A DNA stretch of 64,000 bases from Tepidiformaceae bacterium (GTDB lineage Bacteria; Chloroflexota; Dehalococcoidia; Tepidiformales; Tepidiformaceae). The stretch is taken from NCBI GenBank assembly GCA_965247935.1, contig CBDFIA010000002.1, positions 3,139,327 to 3,203,326 of the forward strand, given 5' to 3'. Shown in pieces: positions 27,304-36,727 of this stretch. Numbering within the stretch: the stretch's first letter is position 1; every line of letters starts with the position of its first letter. Below the pieces are notes generated by a model. It did no database searches, was not told the origin of the DNA, and saw only the letters and a list, made by a program, of their open reading frames with translations. A program made the position numbers and the translations under genes.

Positions 27304-27360
27304 GCGCCGATGTTGCGAGCTTCGCCGTGGTTGCGCAACGGGGCACCAATCCCGCGCCGG

Positions 27361-28230
27361 TTAGGCGAGCGCCGCCTTCATGGTCATCCCGATCTCTGCT
27401 GGCGAATCGGAGACGGTGGCACCGGCGTCGCGGAGGGCGGCCTTCTTGTTCTCGGCCTTGCCGTCCTCGCCGGAGATGATCGCGCCGGCGTGGCCCATGC
27501 GCCTTCCCGGCGGGGCCGTCGCGCCCGCGATGAAGGCGACGACGGGCTTCGTCACGTGTTCCTTGATGTAGGCCGCCGCGTCCTGTTCGGCGCTGCCGCC
27601 GATCTCGCCGACCATAACGATCGCATCCGTGCCAGGATCTTCGTTCAGCAGGCGTAGCGCTTCGCGTTGGGGGGTGCCGATGATGGGATCGCCACCGACG
27701 CCGATGCAGGTGCTCTGCCCGAGGCCCTCGGCCGTCAACTGCGCAACGACTTCGTACACGAGCGTACCTGAGCGGCTCACGACGCCGACCCCACCCGCGA
27801 GGAAGATGTCGCCGGGCATGATGCCTGCGCGCGTCTTGGTCGCGGGGGTGATCACGCCCGGGCAGTTGGGCCCAATGAGTGTCGTCGGCTCGCCCTTGAG
27901 CGCCTGCTTGACGCGCACCATGTCCATCACGGGGATGCCCTCCGTGATGCAGATCGCGAGGGGCACCGCCGACGCGGCCGCTTCGAGGATGGCGTCGGCG
28001 GCGAAGGGTGCGGGCACGAAGATGATGGTCGCGTTTGCGCCGGTCTCCCGCACGGCGACATCGACGGTGGGGAAGATGGGGACGCCGTCCTGTTCTTCCC
28101 CACCCCGTCGCGGGTGCACGGCCGCCACGACGTTCGTGCCGTAGGCGAGCGAGCGGCGCATGTGGTTCGCGCCTTCGGTGCCGATGCCCTGCACCATCAG
28201 CCGGGTGTTCTCATCGAGGAGGACGCTCAT
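27361..28230 (-). CDS. sucD: succinate--CoA ligase subunit alpha
   Basis: 289 aa from [28 protein letters not shown] and MGHAGAI motifs are present. GGGAG RBS. No sucC upstream. Confidence 0.9.
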   Translation of the reverse strand: MSVLLDENTRLMVQGIGTEGANHMRRSLAYGTNVVAAVHPRRGGEEQDGVPIFPTVDVAVRETGANATIIFVPAPFAADAILEAAASAVPLAICITEGIPVMDMVRVKQALKGEPTTLIGPNCPGVITPATKTRAGIMPGDIFLAGGVGVVSRSGTLVYEVVAQLTAEGLGQSTCIGVGGDPIIGTPQREALRLLNEDPGTDAIVMVGEIGGSAEQDAAAYIKEHVTKPVVAFIAGATAPPGRRMGHAGAIISGEDGKAENKKAALRDAGATVSDSPAEIGMTMKAALA

Positions 28231-28362
28231 CGAAGCTCCCTGGGGGTGCGCTCTGCGCCGCGGATTTCGGCCCCGAGGCGGCGCTTCCTGGGCCCCACGC
28301 ATTCTAGCGGCGTGGTCTGCCGGCGCCAGCGAGGCGGCGCGCGGCTGTTGGCCGTTGGCTCT

Positions 28363-28402
28363 TGGTCCTTCTCTGGACTTTGAACCCTGAACCTTGAACT
28401 CC
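28363..28402 (+). repeat. heptad-repeat intergenic element, copy 1
   Basis: ggtccttctctggac tttgaac cctgaac cttgaac tccc. Lies in the divergent intergenic region between sucD and the CoA-transferase gene. Confidence 0.7.
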
Positions 28403-28445
28403 CAACTTCTCTAGACTTCGCGCCCGACGCGCAGGAGGCACCACC

Positions 28446-29633
28446 ATGGCCATGGCTCTCGACGGCATTCGCGTTCTCGATCTCTCGCGGCTCGCGCCGG
28501 GCCCCTACTGCTCGATGCTGCTCGCCGATTTCGGCGCGGACGTGACCCTCGTCGAGGCGGTGCCCGGCGTCTCCGCGAAGCTGGGCGGCGGCCGCGCCGC
28601 CGACCCTGCGGCGGCGAAGCGCGCAGCTGCCTACAACGCCCTCGGCCGGGGCAAGCGCTCGATCGCCCTGAACCTGAAAGACGATGCTGCGCGCGAGGTC
28701 TTCTACGAGCTCCTGAAGGGCGCCGATGTCGTGCTCGAGGGCTTCCGGCCGGGCGTCGTGAAGCGCTTGGGCGTCGACTACGAGACGGTCTCGGCGATCA
28801 ATCCCCGCATCGTCTACTGCTCCCTCTCGGGCTTCGGCCAGACCGGGCCTTACAGCAACCTCGTGGGCCACGACATCAATTACATCGCCATCGGTGGGGG
28901 CTTGGGCATCATCGGCCGGCCCGGCTCAGCGCCCGCCATTCCCGCGAACCTGCTGGCGGACTTCGCCGGCGGCGGCCTCTTCGCCGCCTTCGCGATCTGC
29001 GCTGCGCTGCTCGCGCGAGGGCACACCGGTCGCGGCCAGAACGTGGACATGGGTATGAGCGACGGTGTGCTCTCGCTCGCAACGAGCGCGATGACCGGAC
29101 TGTTCTCCACGGGCGTGCCGATGCGTCCGGGCGAAGGCTTCCTTACCGGCGCCCGGCCCTGGTACGACACCTACCGCTGCAGCGACGATCGTTGGTTCTC
29201 GATCGGCAGCATCGAGCCCCACTTCTACGCCGCCCTCTGCCGCGTTCTTGGCACGGAGGAGTTCCTCGAGCAGCAGCACGACGAGGCCGCCTATCCGGCG
29301 ATGCGCGCGCGCTTCGAAGCGATCTTCGTGACAAAGACGGCGGACGAATGGATGGCGATCATGTCGGAGCACGACATCTGCGCGGCGCCCGTGCTCGAAC
29401 AAGAGAATGTGGCCACCGATCCGCACAACGTCGCGCGCGACATGATCGTGACGGTCGATTCCCCCGTCGGGCCGGTGCAGCAGGTCGGGATTGCGGCGAA
29501 GCTCAGCGAGACTCCGGGCCGGGTGCGTGGGACCGCGCCCCTCACCGGCGAGCACACCGACGACGTGCTCGCCTCCATCGGCTACGAGGCCGAACGCATC
29601 GCCGCCCTCCGGGCGGACGGTGCCGTCGGCTAG
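28446..29633 (+). CDS. family III CoA-transferase (CaiB/BaiF / alpha-methylacyl-CoA racemase-like)
   Basis: GIRVLDLSRLAPGPYCSMLLADFGADV N-terminus and the length are typical. Confidence 0.85.
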   Translation: MAMALDGIRVLDLSRLAPGPYCSMLLADFGADVTLVEAVPGVSAKLGGGRAADPAAAKRAAAYNALGRGKRSIALNLKDDAAREVFYELLKGADVVLEGFRPGVVKRLGVDYETVSAINPRIVYCSLSGFGQTGPYSNLVGHDINYIAIGGGLGIIGRPGSAPAIPANLLADFAGGGLFAAFAICAALLARGHTGRGQNVDMGMSDGVLSLATSAMTGLFSTGVPMRPGEGFLTGARPWYDTYRCSDDRWFSIGSIEPHFYAALCRVLGTEEFLEQQHDEAAYPAMRARFEAIFVTKTADEWMAIMSEHDICAAPVLEQENVATDPHNVARDMIVTVDSPVGPVQQVGIAAKLSETPGRVRGTAPLTGEHTDDVLASIGYEAERIAALRADGAVG

Positions 29634-29663
29634 GATTCCGTTCAGGCACAGGGGAGGTTCGAG

Positions 29664-30602
29664 ATGGACTACCGCGTGGTTGCGACGGATATCGAGTTCG
29701 CCGAGGGGCCGCTCGAGCTCCCCGGAGGCGACATTCTGTTCACCGAAATCCGGGGGGGAACGCTGACGCGCGTCTCGCCGGACGGCTCGCGGCGCTCGAC
29801 CTTCGCCACGACGGGCGGCGGCCCCAACGGTGCCGCCCTCGGGCCCGACGGCGCGATCTACGTCGCCCAGAACGGTGGTTTCGAATGGTCGCAGGGGAGC
29901 GCCCCCGACGGCACCCCCACGGTCCTTCCCGGCCCGCGGCCGGACGACTACATCGGCGGGCAGATCCAGCGCGTCAGCGCAGACGGCTCCGAGGTCACGA
30001 CGCTCTATCGAGAGTGTGACGGCGAGCCGCTCAAAGGTCCGAACGACCTCGTCTTCGACCGCGAGGGCAACTTCTACTTCACCGATCACGGCAAGCGGCA
30101 CGGCCGCTCGCAGGACATCGTCGGCGTCTACTACGCCTCTCCCAAGGGCGACTTTATCCGCGAGGTCATCTTCCCGCTCGAGCGCCCGAACGGCATCGGG
30201 CTGAGCCCGGACGAGCGCACGCTCTACGTTGCCGAGACCCCGACGGGGCGCCTCTGGGCCTTCGACATCGATGCGCCCGGAGAGATCGGTAACAGCCACG
30301 TTGTGGCGACGGTCCCCGGCGCGCCCCCGCGCAACTACGCGATGTGCGATTCGATGTGCGTCGACGGCGACGGTAACGTGATCCAGGCGACGCTCATCAA
30401 CGGCGGGATCACCTCAATCTCGCCCGACGGCGGGAAGATCGAGCACCACCCGCTGCCGGATCGGATCACGACGAACGCCTGCTTTGCCGGCCCCGACCTG
30501 CGCACGCTCTACGTGACCTTGGGGAGCACGGGCAAGCTGGTCGCCTTCGACAACTGGCCCACCACCGGGTTGCGCCTCAACTTCCAGGGTGACGCGGGCT
30601 AG
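29664..30602 (+). CDS. SMP-30/gluconolactonase/LRE-family protein
   Basis: 312 aa. EGP motif, repeated beta-propeller pattern and NDLVFDREGNFYFTD. Confidence 0.8.
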   Translation: MDYRVVATDIEFAEGPLELPGGDILFTEIRGGTLTRVSPDGSRRSTFATTGGGPNGAALGPDGAIYVAQNGGFEWSQGSAPDGTPTVLPGPRPDDYIGGQIQRVSADGSEVTTLYRECDGEPLKGPNDLVFDREGNFYFTDHGKRHGRSQDIVGVYYASPKGDFIREVIFPLERPNGIGLSPDERTLYVAETPTGRLWAFDIDAPGEIGNSHVVATVPGAPPRNYAMCDSMCVDGDGNVIQATLINGGITSISPDGGKIEHHPLPDRITTNACFAGPDLRTLYVTLGSTGKLVAFDNWPTTGLRLNFQGDAG

Positions 30603-30604
30603 CG

Positions 30605-31789
30605 ATGCTGCGCGCGGTTGGGGGCACGCTCGCGGTTTGCGCGCTCGGGATCGTCCTGCTGCGGACGACGGTCGCGGCGCCGCACGAATGCCCCGCCCTC
30701 ACCCCCTCGGCGCTCCAGGCCTCGGCCGCAGCTTCCGCAAGCTGGATCGCAGGCTCCCAAGGCGCCGACGGCCGCTACGTCTACGAATACGACGCCGAAG
30801 CCGACGTGTTCTCCGATGAGTACAACGTCGTCCGGCATGCGGGCGTGACGATGTCGCTCTACCAAACGGCCGCGCTCGGCGACCTCTCCGCCCTGCCCGC
30901 CGCCGACCTGGGCATGGACTGGATGGTGGCGAACCTCATCCGTCAGGAGGGCTGGGCGGCCCTCCAGAACCCAGATACGAAGCGGGTCAAGCTCGGTGCC
31001 AGCGCGCTCATGCTTGCGGGCCTCACCCAGCGCCGCCTCGCGACGGGCGATGATCGCCACGACGAGCTCATGGGCGAGATCGCCCGCTTCCTCTTGGTGA
31101 TGCTGCGCGCGGACGGCAGCATGCTCAGCTACTGGCTCCCCACCACGGGTGCCCCCGACCCCAGCATCACTTCGCGCTACGCAACAGGTGAGGCCTTCTG
31201 GGCCCTCGCGCAGATGCACCGCCACTTCCCCGAGGCCGGCTGGGACGCTTCCGCGCGCCTGCTCGCGGACTACCTCTCGCTTCACCGCGACGAGGTCGAG
31301 GGTCTCGACTTCCCGCCCTGGGCAGATCAGTGGGCCGCCTACGGGCTCGCGGAGATGGCGGACTGGCCCCTGAGCGACGTGAACGTCCGGTACGCCCGCT
31401 CGCTGGCCGAGCGCTTCGGCTTCCTCATCAGAGTTGAGTCGCAGCGTACCGGCGGGGGGCTCAACGAGTTCATCCATGGGCCCCATACCCGGGCCGCGGG
31501 TATGGGCACCTGGGTCGAGGGGCTGAACTCGCTCTGGCGTCTCGCGGTGGTCGACGAGCGGCTGGCCGATCTGGAGCCGAAGATCGCCGAGCGGGCGACC
31601 TGCGGGGCGGCCCTCCTCGCCGAACGCCAAGTCACCGACCAGGAGGCCGCCGGCTACGCCCGCCCCGCGCTCGCGGCTGGCGCCTGGTTCCGCGACGGCA
31701 TCACGCGCATGGACGACCAGCAACACGCCCTCTCCGGGCTAGCGCTCACCGAGGCGATTCTCGAACGCCGGAACGAAGCCACACCGTGA
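30605..31789 (+). CDS. hypothetical secreted or membrane-anchored protein, helical-repeat (alpha/alpha-toroid-like) guess
   Basis: 394 aa with an N-terminal hydrophobic segment. Tightly packed with its neighbours. No confident family. Confidence 0.55.
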   Translation: MLRAVGGTLAVCALGIVLLRTTVAAPHECPALTPSALQASAAASASWIAGSQGADGRYVYEYDAEADVFSDEYNVVRHAGVTMSLYQTAALGDLSALPAADLGMDWMVANLIRQEGWAALQNPDTKRVKLGASALMLAGLTQRRLATGDDRHDELMGEIARFLLVMLRADGSMLSYWLPTTGAPDPSITSRYATGEAFWALAQMHRHFPEAGWDASARLLADYLSLHRDEVEGLDFPPWADQWAAYGLAEMADWPLSDVNVRYARSLAERFGFLIRVESQRTGGGLNEFIHGPHTRAAGMGTWVEGLNSLWRLAVVDERLADLEPKIAERATCGAALLAERQVTDQEAAGYARPALAAGAWFRDGITRMDDQQHALSGLALTEAILERRNEATP

Positions 31790-32340
31790 GCGACTTCTGG
31801 CTGACCCTGGTCGCGTTCTTCGCGGCCACGAACCCTGCCGGCGTGCTCGTGACGATGGCGTCCGCGCCGGGCGCGTCGCGTGAACGGCTGCCGGCGGTCG
31901 TTATCGGCCTCGTGGTCGCCGGGGCGCTGCTGCTGGTCGCTGCCCTCGCCTCGGATTCGATTCTCGACTTCCTCGAGGTGGAGCCGGAGACCTTCCGCAT
32001 CTCCGCGGGCGTCGTGATGGTCACCGTCGGTATTTACGCGCTGCTCCTCGGGCCCTTCGACTACCCCATCGAGCGGGGCTGGCGGGGAGCGCTCTTCCCG
32101 CTCGCCTTCCCCCTGCTCGCCGGGCCGGCCGCCCTCGCTGCCGCCATCTCGTATGCCGAGGACCCGGGGCGGGGCGAAACGATCGCGGCCGCCCTCATCG
32201 TTGCCGGCGCCTCGGCCGCCGCCGTGCTCGCCCCGGCCGGCCGCTACAAGCTCCTGCTGACAGCGCTCACGCGCCTCACGGGGGCGCTGCTGATTGCGAT
32301 CGCCGCCGGGATTATCGTCGACGGCATCCGCGCCGTCTAG
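31786..32340 (+). CDS. MarC-family (UPF0056) integral membrane protein
   Basis: 184 aa, about 6 TM, with the N-terminal FFAATNPAG motif. Confidence 0.7.
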   Translation: MSDFWLTLVAFFAATNPAGVLVTMASAPGASRERLPAVVIGLVVAGALLLVAALASDSILDFLEVEPETFRISAGVVMVTVGIYALLLGPFDYPIERGWRGALFPLAFPLLAGPAALAAAISYAEDPGRGETIAAALIVAGASAAAVLAPAGRYKLLLTALTRLTGALLIAIAAGIIVDGIRAV

Positions 32341-32390
32341 CGCGTCCCCGCTGCGAGGTGAGCGCGCGCTGACCTGTCCGGAGGAGCGCC

Positions 32391-32807
32391 ATGGCCGCCG
32401 TCGACGGCCTCCGAGCGCCCACGATATCCCGACGGGCCGCCTCTTCCACTTCGCCCTGGCCGTGCCCGACCTGCCTGGAGCGATGGCGCTGCTTGGGCCG
32501 GCGCTCAATGTGCGGTGGACCGCCGTGCGCCCCAGCGCGATCGTGCCCGAGACGCCCGCAGGCCCGACGAGCACCGAGATCGCGGCCGTCTATTCGCGCG
32601 AGGGACCGCCTTCCATCGAGCTCGTTTCCGGTGGGCGCGATGGCTCCTTCTTCGCCGCTGGGGCCCGCGCCTCCACTCCGCGCGGGAATGGGGCGGGGGG
32701 ACCCTCGCGGCTCAGCGTTCGTCGAGAACGCGCTGGGCCTCACCCTCGAGGCCATGGCCCAGTGGATTCGCGAGGTCCTGTATGACTGGTCCGCCATCAC
32801 GGACTAG
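32391..32807 (+). pseudogene. VOC/glyoxalase-family protein remnant with several frameshifts
   Basis: Family-like pieces sit in three different frames: RLFHFALAVPDLPGAMALLGPAL, YSREGPPSIELV, GPRLHS and DPRGSAFVENALGLTLEA. Confidence 0.5.
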
Positions 32808-32847
32808 CCGAGGCCGCTAGCGAGGCCCTCGCGTAGCATCCTGCGCG

Positions 32848-33630
32848 ATGCCACGCCGCATCCTCATCAGCAACGACGACGGGTTCGAGTCACCCGGCCT
32901 TTGGGCTCTGGTGCGCGCCTGCGAGCCGCTCGATTGCGTCGTGACCGTCGTCGCGCCCAGCAAGAACCAGAGCGCGGTCGGCGGCAGCCTCACTCTCCGG
33001 CAGGAGCTGAACTGGACCCGGATCGAAGACCCCCCAGTGGCTGGGACGGACGCCTGGCACGTCAACGGCTCACCCGCTTCGGCCGTAATCGTCGGCCTCC
33101 ACGGCGTGCTCTCGGAGCCGCCGGACCTGGTCATCTCCGGGATCAACCAGGGCGCCAACATGGGCAACGACCTCACCGCGAGCGGCACCGTCGGGGCCGC
33201 CCTCCAGGGGCACTTTCGCGGCATCACCTCGCTCGCGCTCTCGTACGCGATGACGCCCCGCACCGAGGTCGATTGGACCACGGCCGAACGCGTCGCTGCG
33301 ATCGTCTGCCGGGAGGAGCTCGAAGGCCGCCTTCCGCCCGCGGTCCTTCTGAACGTCAACATCCCCCTCGTCCCCTTTGACGAGGTCGCGGGCGTGCTCG
33401 TTACGAGGGTCGCGCGGCGCGGCTATTTCGAGCTCGAGATCAAGGGCGAGAGCAGCGGCGAACTTGGTCGGCGCCCTTTCGAGCCGGATGGCCTGACGCC
33501 CGCTCCCGGGACGGACATCTGGGCAATCATGAACAAGTACGTGAGCGTTAGCCCCCTCCAAGCGAACTTCACCGACCACCACGTCATCGACGCCCTCGGG
33601 GAACAGCTCAACGCCGCTTGGGGCGCCTGA
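32848..33630 (+). CDS. surE: 5'/3'-nucleotidase SurE
   Basis: RILISNDDGFESPG N-terminus and SGINQGANMG motif. Confidence 0.92.
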   Translation: MPRRILISNDDGFESPGLWALVRACEPLDCVVTVVAPSKNQSAVGGSLTLRQELNWTRIEDPPVAGTDAWHVNGSPASAVIVGLHGVLSEPPDLVISGINQGANMGNDLTASGTVGAALQGHFRGITSLALSYAMTPRTEVDWTTAERVAAIVCREELEGRLPPAVLLNVNIPLVPFDEVAGVLVTRVARRGYFELEIKGESSGELGRRPFEPDGLTPAPGTDIWAIMNKYVSVSPLQANFTDHHVIDALGEQLNAAWGA

Positions 33631-33647
33631 CGGGGTGACCTGCGGCT

Positions 33648-33950
33648 GCGCTCGCTTTTAGCGCTCGCTGCGCTCGGACCCGACCCCTGCCTCCTCCCGG
33701 CGTTCGACTGCTGCGGCAGTGCGGCCGCTGGCCGCGTTGCCTGCGCGCTCGCTTTAGCGCTCGCTGGGCTCGGACCCCACCCCCCGCCTCCTCCCGACGC
33801 TCGACTGCTGCGGCAGTGCGGCCGCTGGCCGCTTTGCCTGCGCGCTCGCTTTAGCGCTCGCTGGGCTCGGACCCCACCCCCCGCCTCCCCCGGCGCTCAA
33901 CTGCTGCGGCAGTGCGGCCGCTGGCCGCGTTGCCTACGCGCTCGCTACAC
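33648..33950. repeat. 97-bp tandem repeat, about 3.1 copies, non-coding
   Basis: Units start at 33648, 33745, 33842 and 33938 (partial), with periods of 97, 97 and 96 nt and only a few substitutions. Lies between surE and yebC. Confidence 0.9.
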
Positions 33951-33982
33951 TCGACCGGGAACGACGGAGTAGGAGCCTCGCC

Positions 33983-34732
33983 ATGTCCGGCCACTCGAAA
34001 TGGTCGAAGATCAAGCGCAAGAAAGCGTCCGCCGACAACAAACGCGGCGCGATCTTTACGAAGCTCGCGAAGGAGATCCAACTGGCCGCTAAGGTGGGCG
34101 GGGGCGATACCGAAACGAACTTCAAGCTACGCCTCGCCGTTCAACGGGCGCGGATGTCGAACATGCCGAACGACAACATCGAGCGCGCCATCGCGAAGGC
34201 CACAGGCGGTAGCGACGCAGAGCAGCTCGACGAGGTCAGCTACGAGGGGTACGGGCCCGGTGGCACCGCCATCCTCGTGACCGCCGTGACCGCCAACCGC
34301 AATCGCACCGTTGCCGAGATTCGGCATGAGTTCACCCGCGCGGGCGGCAACCTTGGCGAGAACGGATCCGTCGCTTGGCAGTTCGAGTCAAAGGGCACGA
34401 TCGCCGTGGCCCTCGATGGTCAGGATGAGGATGAAGTGGTTCTGGCCGCGATCGAGGCCGGGGCTGAGGACGTCGATGCGGGCGAGGGCGCTGTCGAGGT
34501 CCAGACCGCGCCCGGCGAGCTCGAAGCGGTGCGGCAAGCGCTGGACGAGGCCGGCCTCACGATTGAGCACGCGGACTTGGCGATGGTCCCGACCTCAACG
34601 ATCGCGCTCGACGAGGGGACGGCGAAGCAGACGCTGCGACTCCTCGATGGGCTCGAGGAGCTCGAGGATGTCCAGCGCGTCTACTCGAACGCGGACTTCG
34701 ATGAGGAGCTGCTGGCGAGCTACGCGAGCTAG
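33983..34732 (+). CDS. yebC: YebC/PmpR-family DNA-binding transcriptional regulator
   Basis: MSGHSKWSKIKRKK N-terminus. 249 aa. Confidence 0.93.
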   Translation: MSGHSKWSKIKRKKASADNKRGAIFTKLAKEIQLAAKVGGGDTETNFKLRLAVQRARMSNMPNDNIERAIAKATGGSDAEQLDEVSYEGYGPGGTAILVTAVTANRNRTVAEIRHEFTRAGGNLGENGSVAWQFESKGTIAVALDGQDEDEVVLAAIEAGAEDVDAGEGAVEVQTAPGELEAVRQALDEAGLTIEHADLAMVPTSTIALDEGTAKQTLRLLDGLEELEDVQRVYSNADFDEELLASYAS

Positions 34733-34793
34733 TGATCCCGCCGGTGCCAGCCGCCGCTCGGCGGTCTCGCCAAAGCCGTCGTACAGTGCGGCC

Positions 34794-35279
34794 ATGCGTA
34801 TCGTCGGCATCGATCCCGGCCTGAACGCCACCGGCTACGGCCTCGTCGACATCGAGGGCGACCAGTGCCGGCACGTCGCTCACGGCGTCGTTCGGACGCG
34901 CTCGACCGACACCCTCGCGCGGCGGCTCGTTCTGATCCGCGACGGCCTGCGGGGGGCGCTGGCCCAGTGGTCGCCGGAACAGGGGGCGGTGGAGGCGTCG
35001 TTCGTGGGTTCGAACGCGCGCACGGCGATGGCGCTCGGCCACGCCCGCGCCGTAGCGATCCTGGCGCTCGCCGACTCCGGCCTCGAAGTGCACGAGTACG
35101 CCCCCACGATGATCAAACAGACCGTCGCCGGTTACGGCCGCGGCGAAAAGTCCCAAGTTGCGGAAATGGTCCGCCTTCAGCTTGGCCTCGCGACCGCCCC
35201 CACGCCCTCCGATGCCGCCGACGCGCTAGCCGTCGCGATCACCCACTGGGCCCACGCGCGGCTCGCCGAGCGGCTGTAG
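34794..35279 (+). CDS. ruvC: crossover junction endodeoxyribonuclease RuvC
   Basis: MRIVGIDPGL start inside the longer ORF. 161 aa. The conserved catalytic Asp/Glu layout is present. Confidence 0.9.
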   Translation: MRIVGIDPGLNATGYGLVDIEGDQCRHVAHGVVRTRSTDTLARRLVLIRDGLRGALAQWSPEQGAVEASFVGSNARTAMALGHARAVAILALADSGLEVHEYAPTMIKQTVAGYGRGEKSQVAEMVRLQLGLATAPTPSDAADALAVAITHWAHARLAERL

Positions 35280-35293
35280 CGGCCGCGGCCCGC

Positions 35294-35325
35294 GGTCCCT
35301 CTCTGAACTCTGAACGCTGAACTCC
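35294..35325 (+). repeat. heptad-repeat intergenic element, copy 2a
   Basis: ggtccctctctgaac tctgaac gctgaac tcc, just after the ruvC stop. Confidence 0.7.
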
Positions 35326-35333
35326 GCTAGGCC

Positions 35334-35379
35334 GGTCCCTCTCTGAAACTCTGAACCTTGAACGCTGAACACTGAACTC
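35334..35379 (+). repeat. heptad-repeat intergenic element, copy 2b
   Basis: ggtccctctctgaaac tctgaac cttgaac gctgaac actgaac tc. It abuts the stop of the convergent PPOX-class gene. Confidence 0.7.
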
Positions 35380-35380
35380 G

Positions 35381-35845
35381 TCAGTATCTGCCGCCGAGCT
35401 TGGTGTGGTCCCAGCTGTAGACCTTATCCGGGCGGATGCGAACGACGATCCGCTTGGCGGCGGCAGGGAGGGCGTCCTCCGGTGTCTCCGCGGGGACGGG
35501 CATGCCGCGGTACTTGTTGGCGACGAGGGACATGACTTTGGCCGTGGCTTCGACGTCCTCGTCGAGCTCCGCCTGGCCTTGAATCACGAGGCCCTGCAGC
35601 TCCTCGTAGACGCGGCCCTGCTCGAGCATCGCCGTGATCTGGGGGTCGCGCCGCAGGTTGAGGATCTTCTGGCTCTTTCCGAACGTCGTGAAGTGCACGA
35701 GGCCGTCGATCACGACGTACCACATGGCGGCGAGGTGGGGGTAACCGCTGGGTCCGTTCGAGGCCACCTGCAGCGTCCATCCGTCTTCCAGGAAGCGTTC
35801 CTGCTCTTCGGTCGTTAGGACGATCTGGCCACGTCGGCTCGGCAT
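35381..35845 (-). CDS. pyridoxamine 5'-phosphate oxidase-family (PPOX-class, probably F420/FMN-binding) protein
   Basis: 154 aa with a split-barrel-like pattern (HLAAMWYVVIDGLVHFTT). Confidence 0.7.
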   Translation of the reverse strand: MPSRRGQIVLTTEEQERFLEDGWTLQVASNGPSGYPHLAAMWYVVIDGLVHFTTFGKSQKILNLRRDPQITAMLEQGRVYEELQGLVIQGQAELDEDVEATAKVMSLVANKYRGMPVPAETPEDALPAAAKRIVVRIRPDKVYSWDHTKLGGRY

Positions 35846-35976
35846 CGCTTCTCCCTGTTTGTCGGTCCGGCCAAGCCTACCGTGCTTAATCGTGAGCGGG
35901 GCCGAGGAGCTACATGCGTATCAGTGAAAGCTGACGTACTCTCGATAACAATGCAGGTGCAGCCGGCGTCTGTGCG

Positions 35977-36708
35977 ATGATCGACCAACTCGTCGCGTTC
36001 TTCGCGAATCCCGCGACTCGCTTTCGTGCCTACGGCGCCGTCACCGTCCTCGGGATCGTGGTGGCGTTGCTGGTCGCATTCGGGGTCACCGCGGCCGTTC
36101 GAGGTGGTTCGAACGATCCGGAAACGGAGTCCGCCGCCGCCCCGCCCAGCCCCACCACGAGCGCCATGCTTGAGGCGACCGAGCGAAGCTCTTCGACGGG
36201 GACCCTAACGGCTACCCCCACCGCCAGCCCAACCGCAAGCGCCACGCCCACCAGGACCCCCACCGAAGCCGCGACGGCCACCTCCACGCCCACGCCGACG
36301 CCCTCGGGCCGGAGGGGCTCCGGGAGCACAGCCGCCAATCCTACGGCGACCCCAACGCCGGTTCCGGCCACGCCCACGACCGGCCCCGCGGTTTCCAACT
36401 TGGCCTTCTGCGACTCTTCGAGTTCCACCGCGCCGCCGACCGCCGTTTTCGGCCGCCTGACCATCGGCGGTGCGAAGGTGCCCGCGGGCACGACCGCTAC
36501 GTTGCTCTTCGACGGCGTTGCTGGGTATAGCGCGAGCACTCGCGAACCGGGTGGTTACCGGGTCGACTACTGGGCGGGCAGCTCTGATTGTGCGAACCGC
36601 GTCGGCGCCGAAATCTCTGTCATGGTCAACGGGCAGGCCTTCCCGACTGGGCGGTCGATTGGTGATGGTGGCGGCCCGGTGATAGTGCTGCACATCGCCC
36701 TTCCCTAG
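35977..36708 (+). CDS. membrane-anchored hypothetical protein with a Thr/Pro-rich linker
   Basis: N-terminal TM segment, a TPT-rich low-complexity linker and a ~100-aa C-terminal domain. No family recognised. Confidence 0.55.
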   Translation: MIDQLVAFFANPATRFRAYGAVTVLGIVVALLVAFGVTAAVRGGSNDPETESAAAPPSPTTSAMLEATERSSSTGTLTATPTASPTASATPTRTPTEAATATSTPTPTPSGRRGSGSTAANPTATPTPVPATPTTGPAVSNLAFCDSSSSTAPPTAVFGRLTIGGAKVPAGTTATLLFDGVAGYSASTREPGGYRVDYWAGSSDCANRVGAEISVMVNGQAFPTGRSIGDGGGPVIVLHIALP

Positions 36709-36727
36709 GAGGCATGGCCACCGCTGA

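Noticed and set aside
33648-33950. CRISPR array.
   Set aside because: The whole 97-bp unit repeats head to tail with no unique spacers. No cas genes are in the window.
33851-34280. ORFs 33851..34081(-) and 33912..34280(+) overlapping the tandem repeat and the yebC start.
   Set aside because: They run through a repeat whose period is not a multiple of 3 and overlap the well-supported yebC. No protein-like features.
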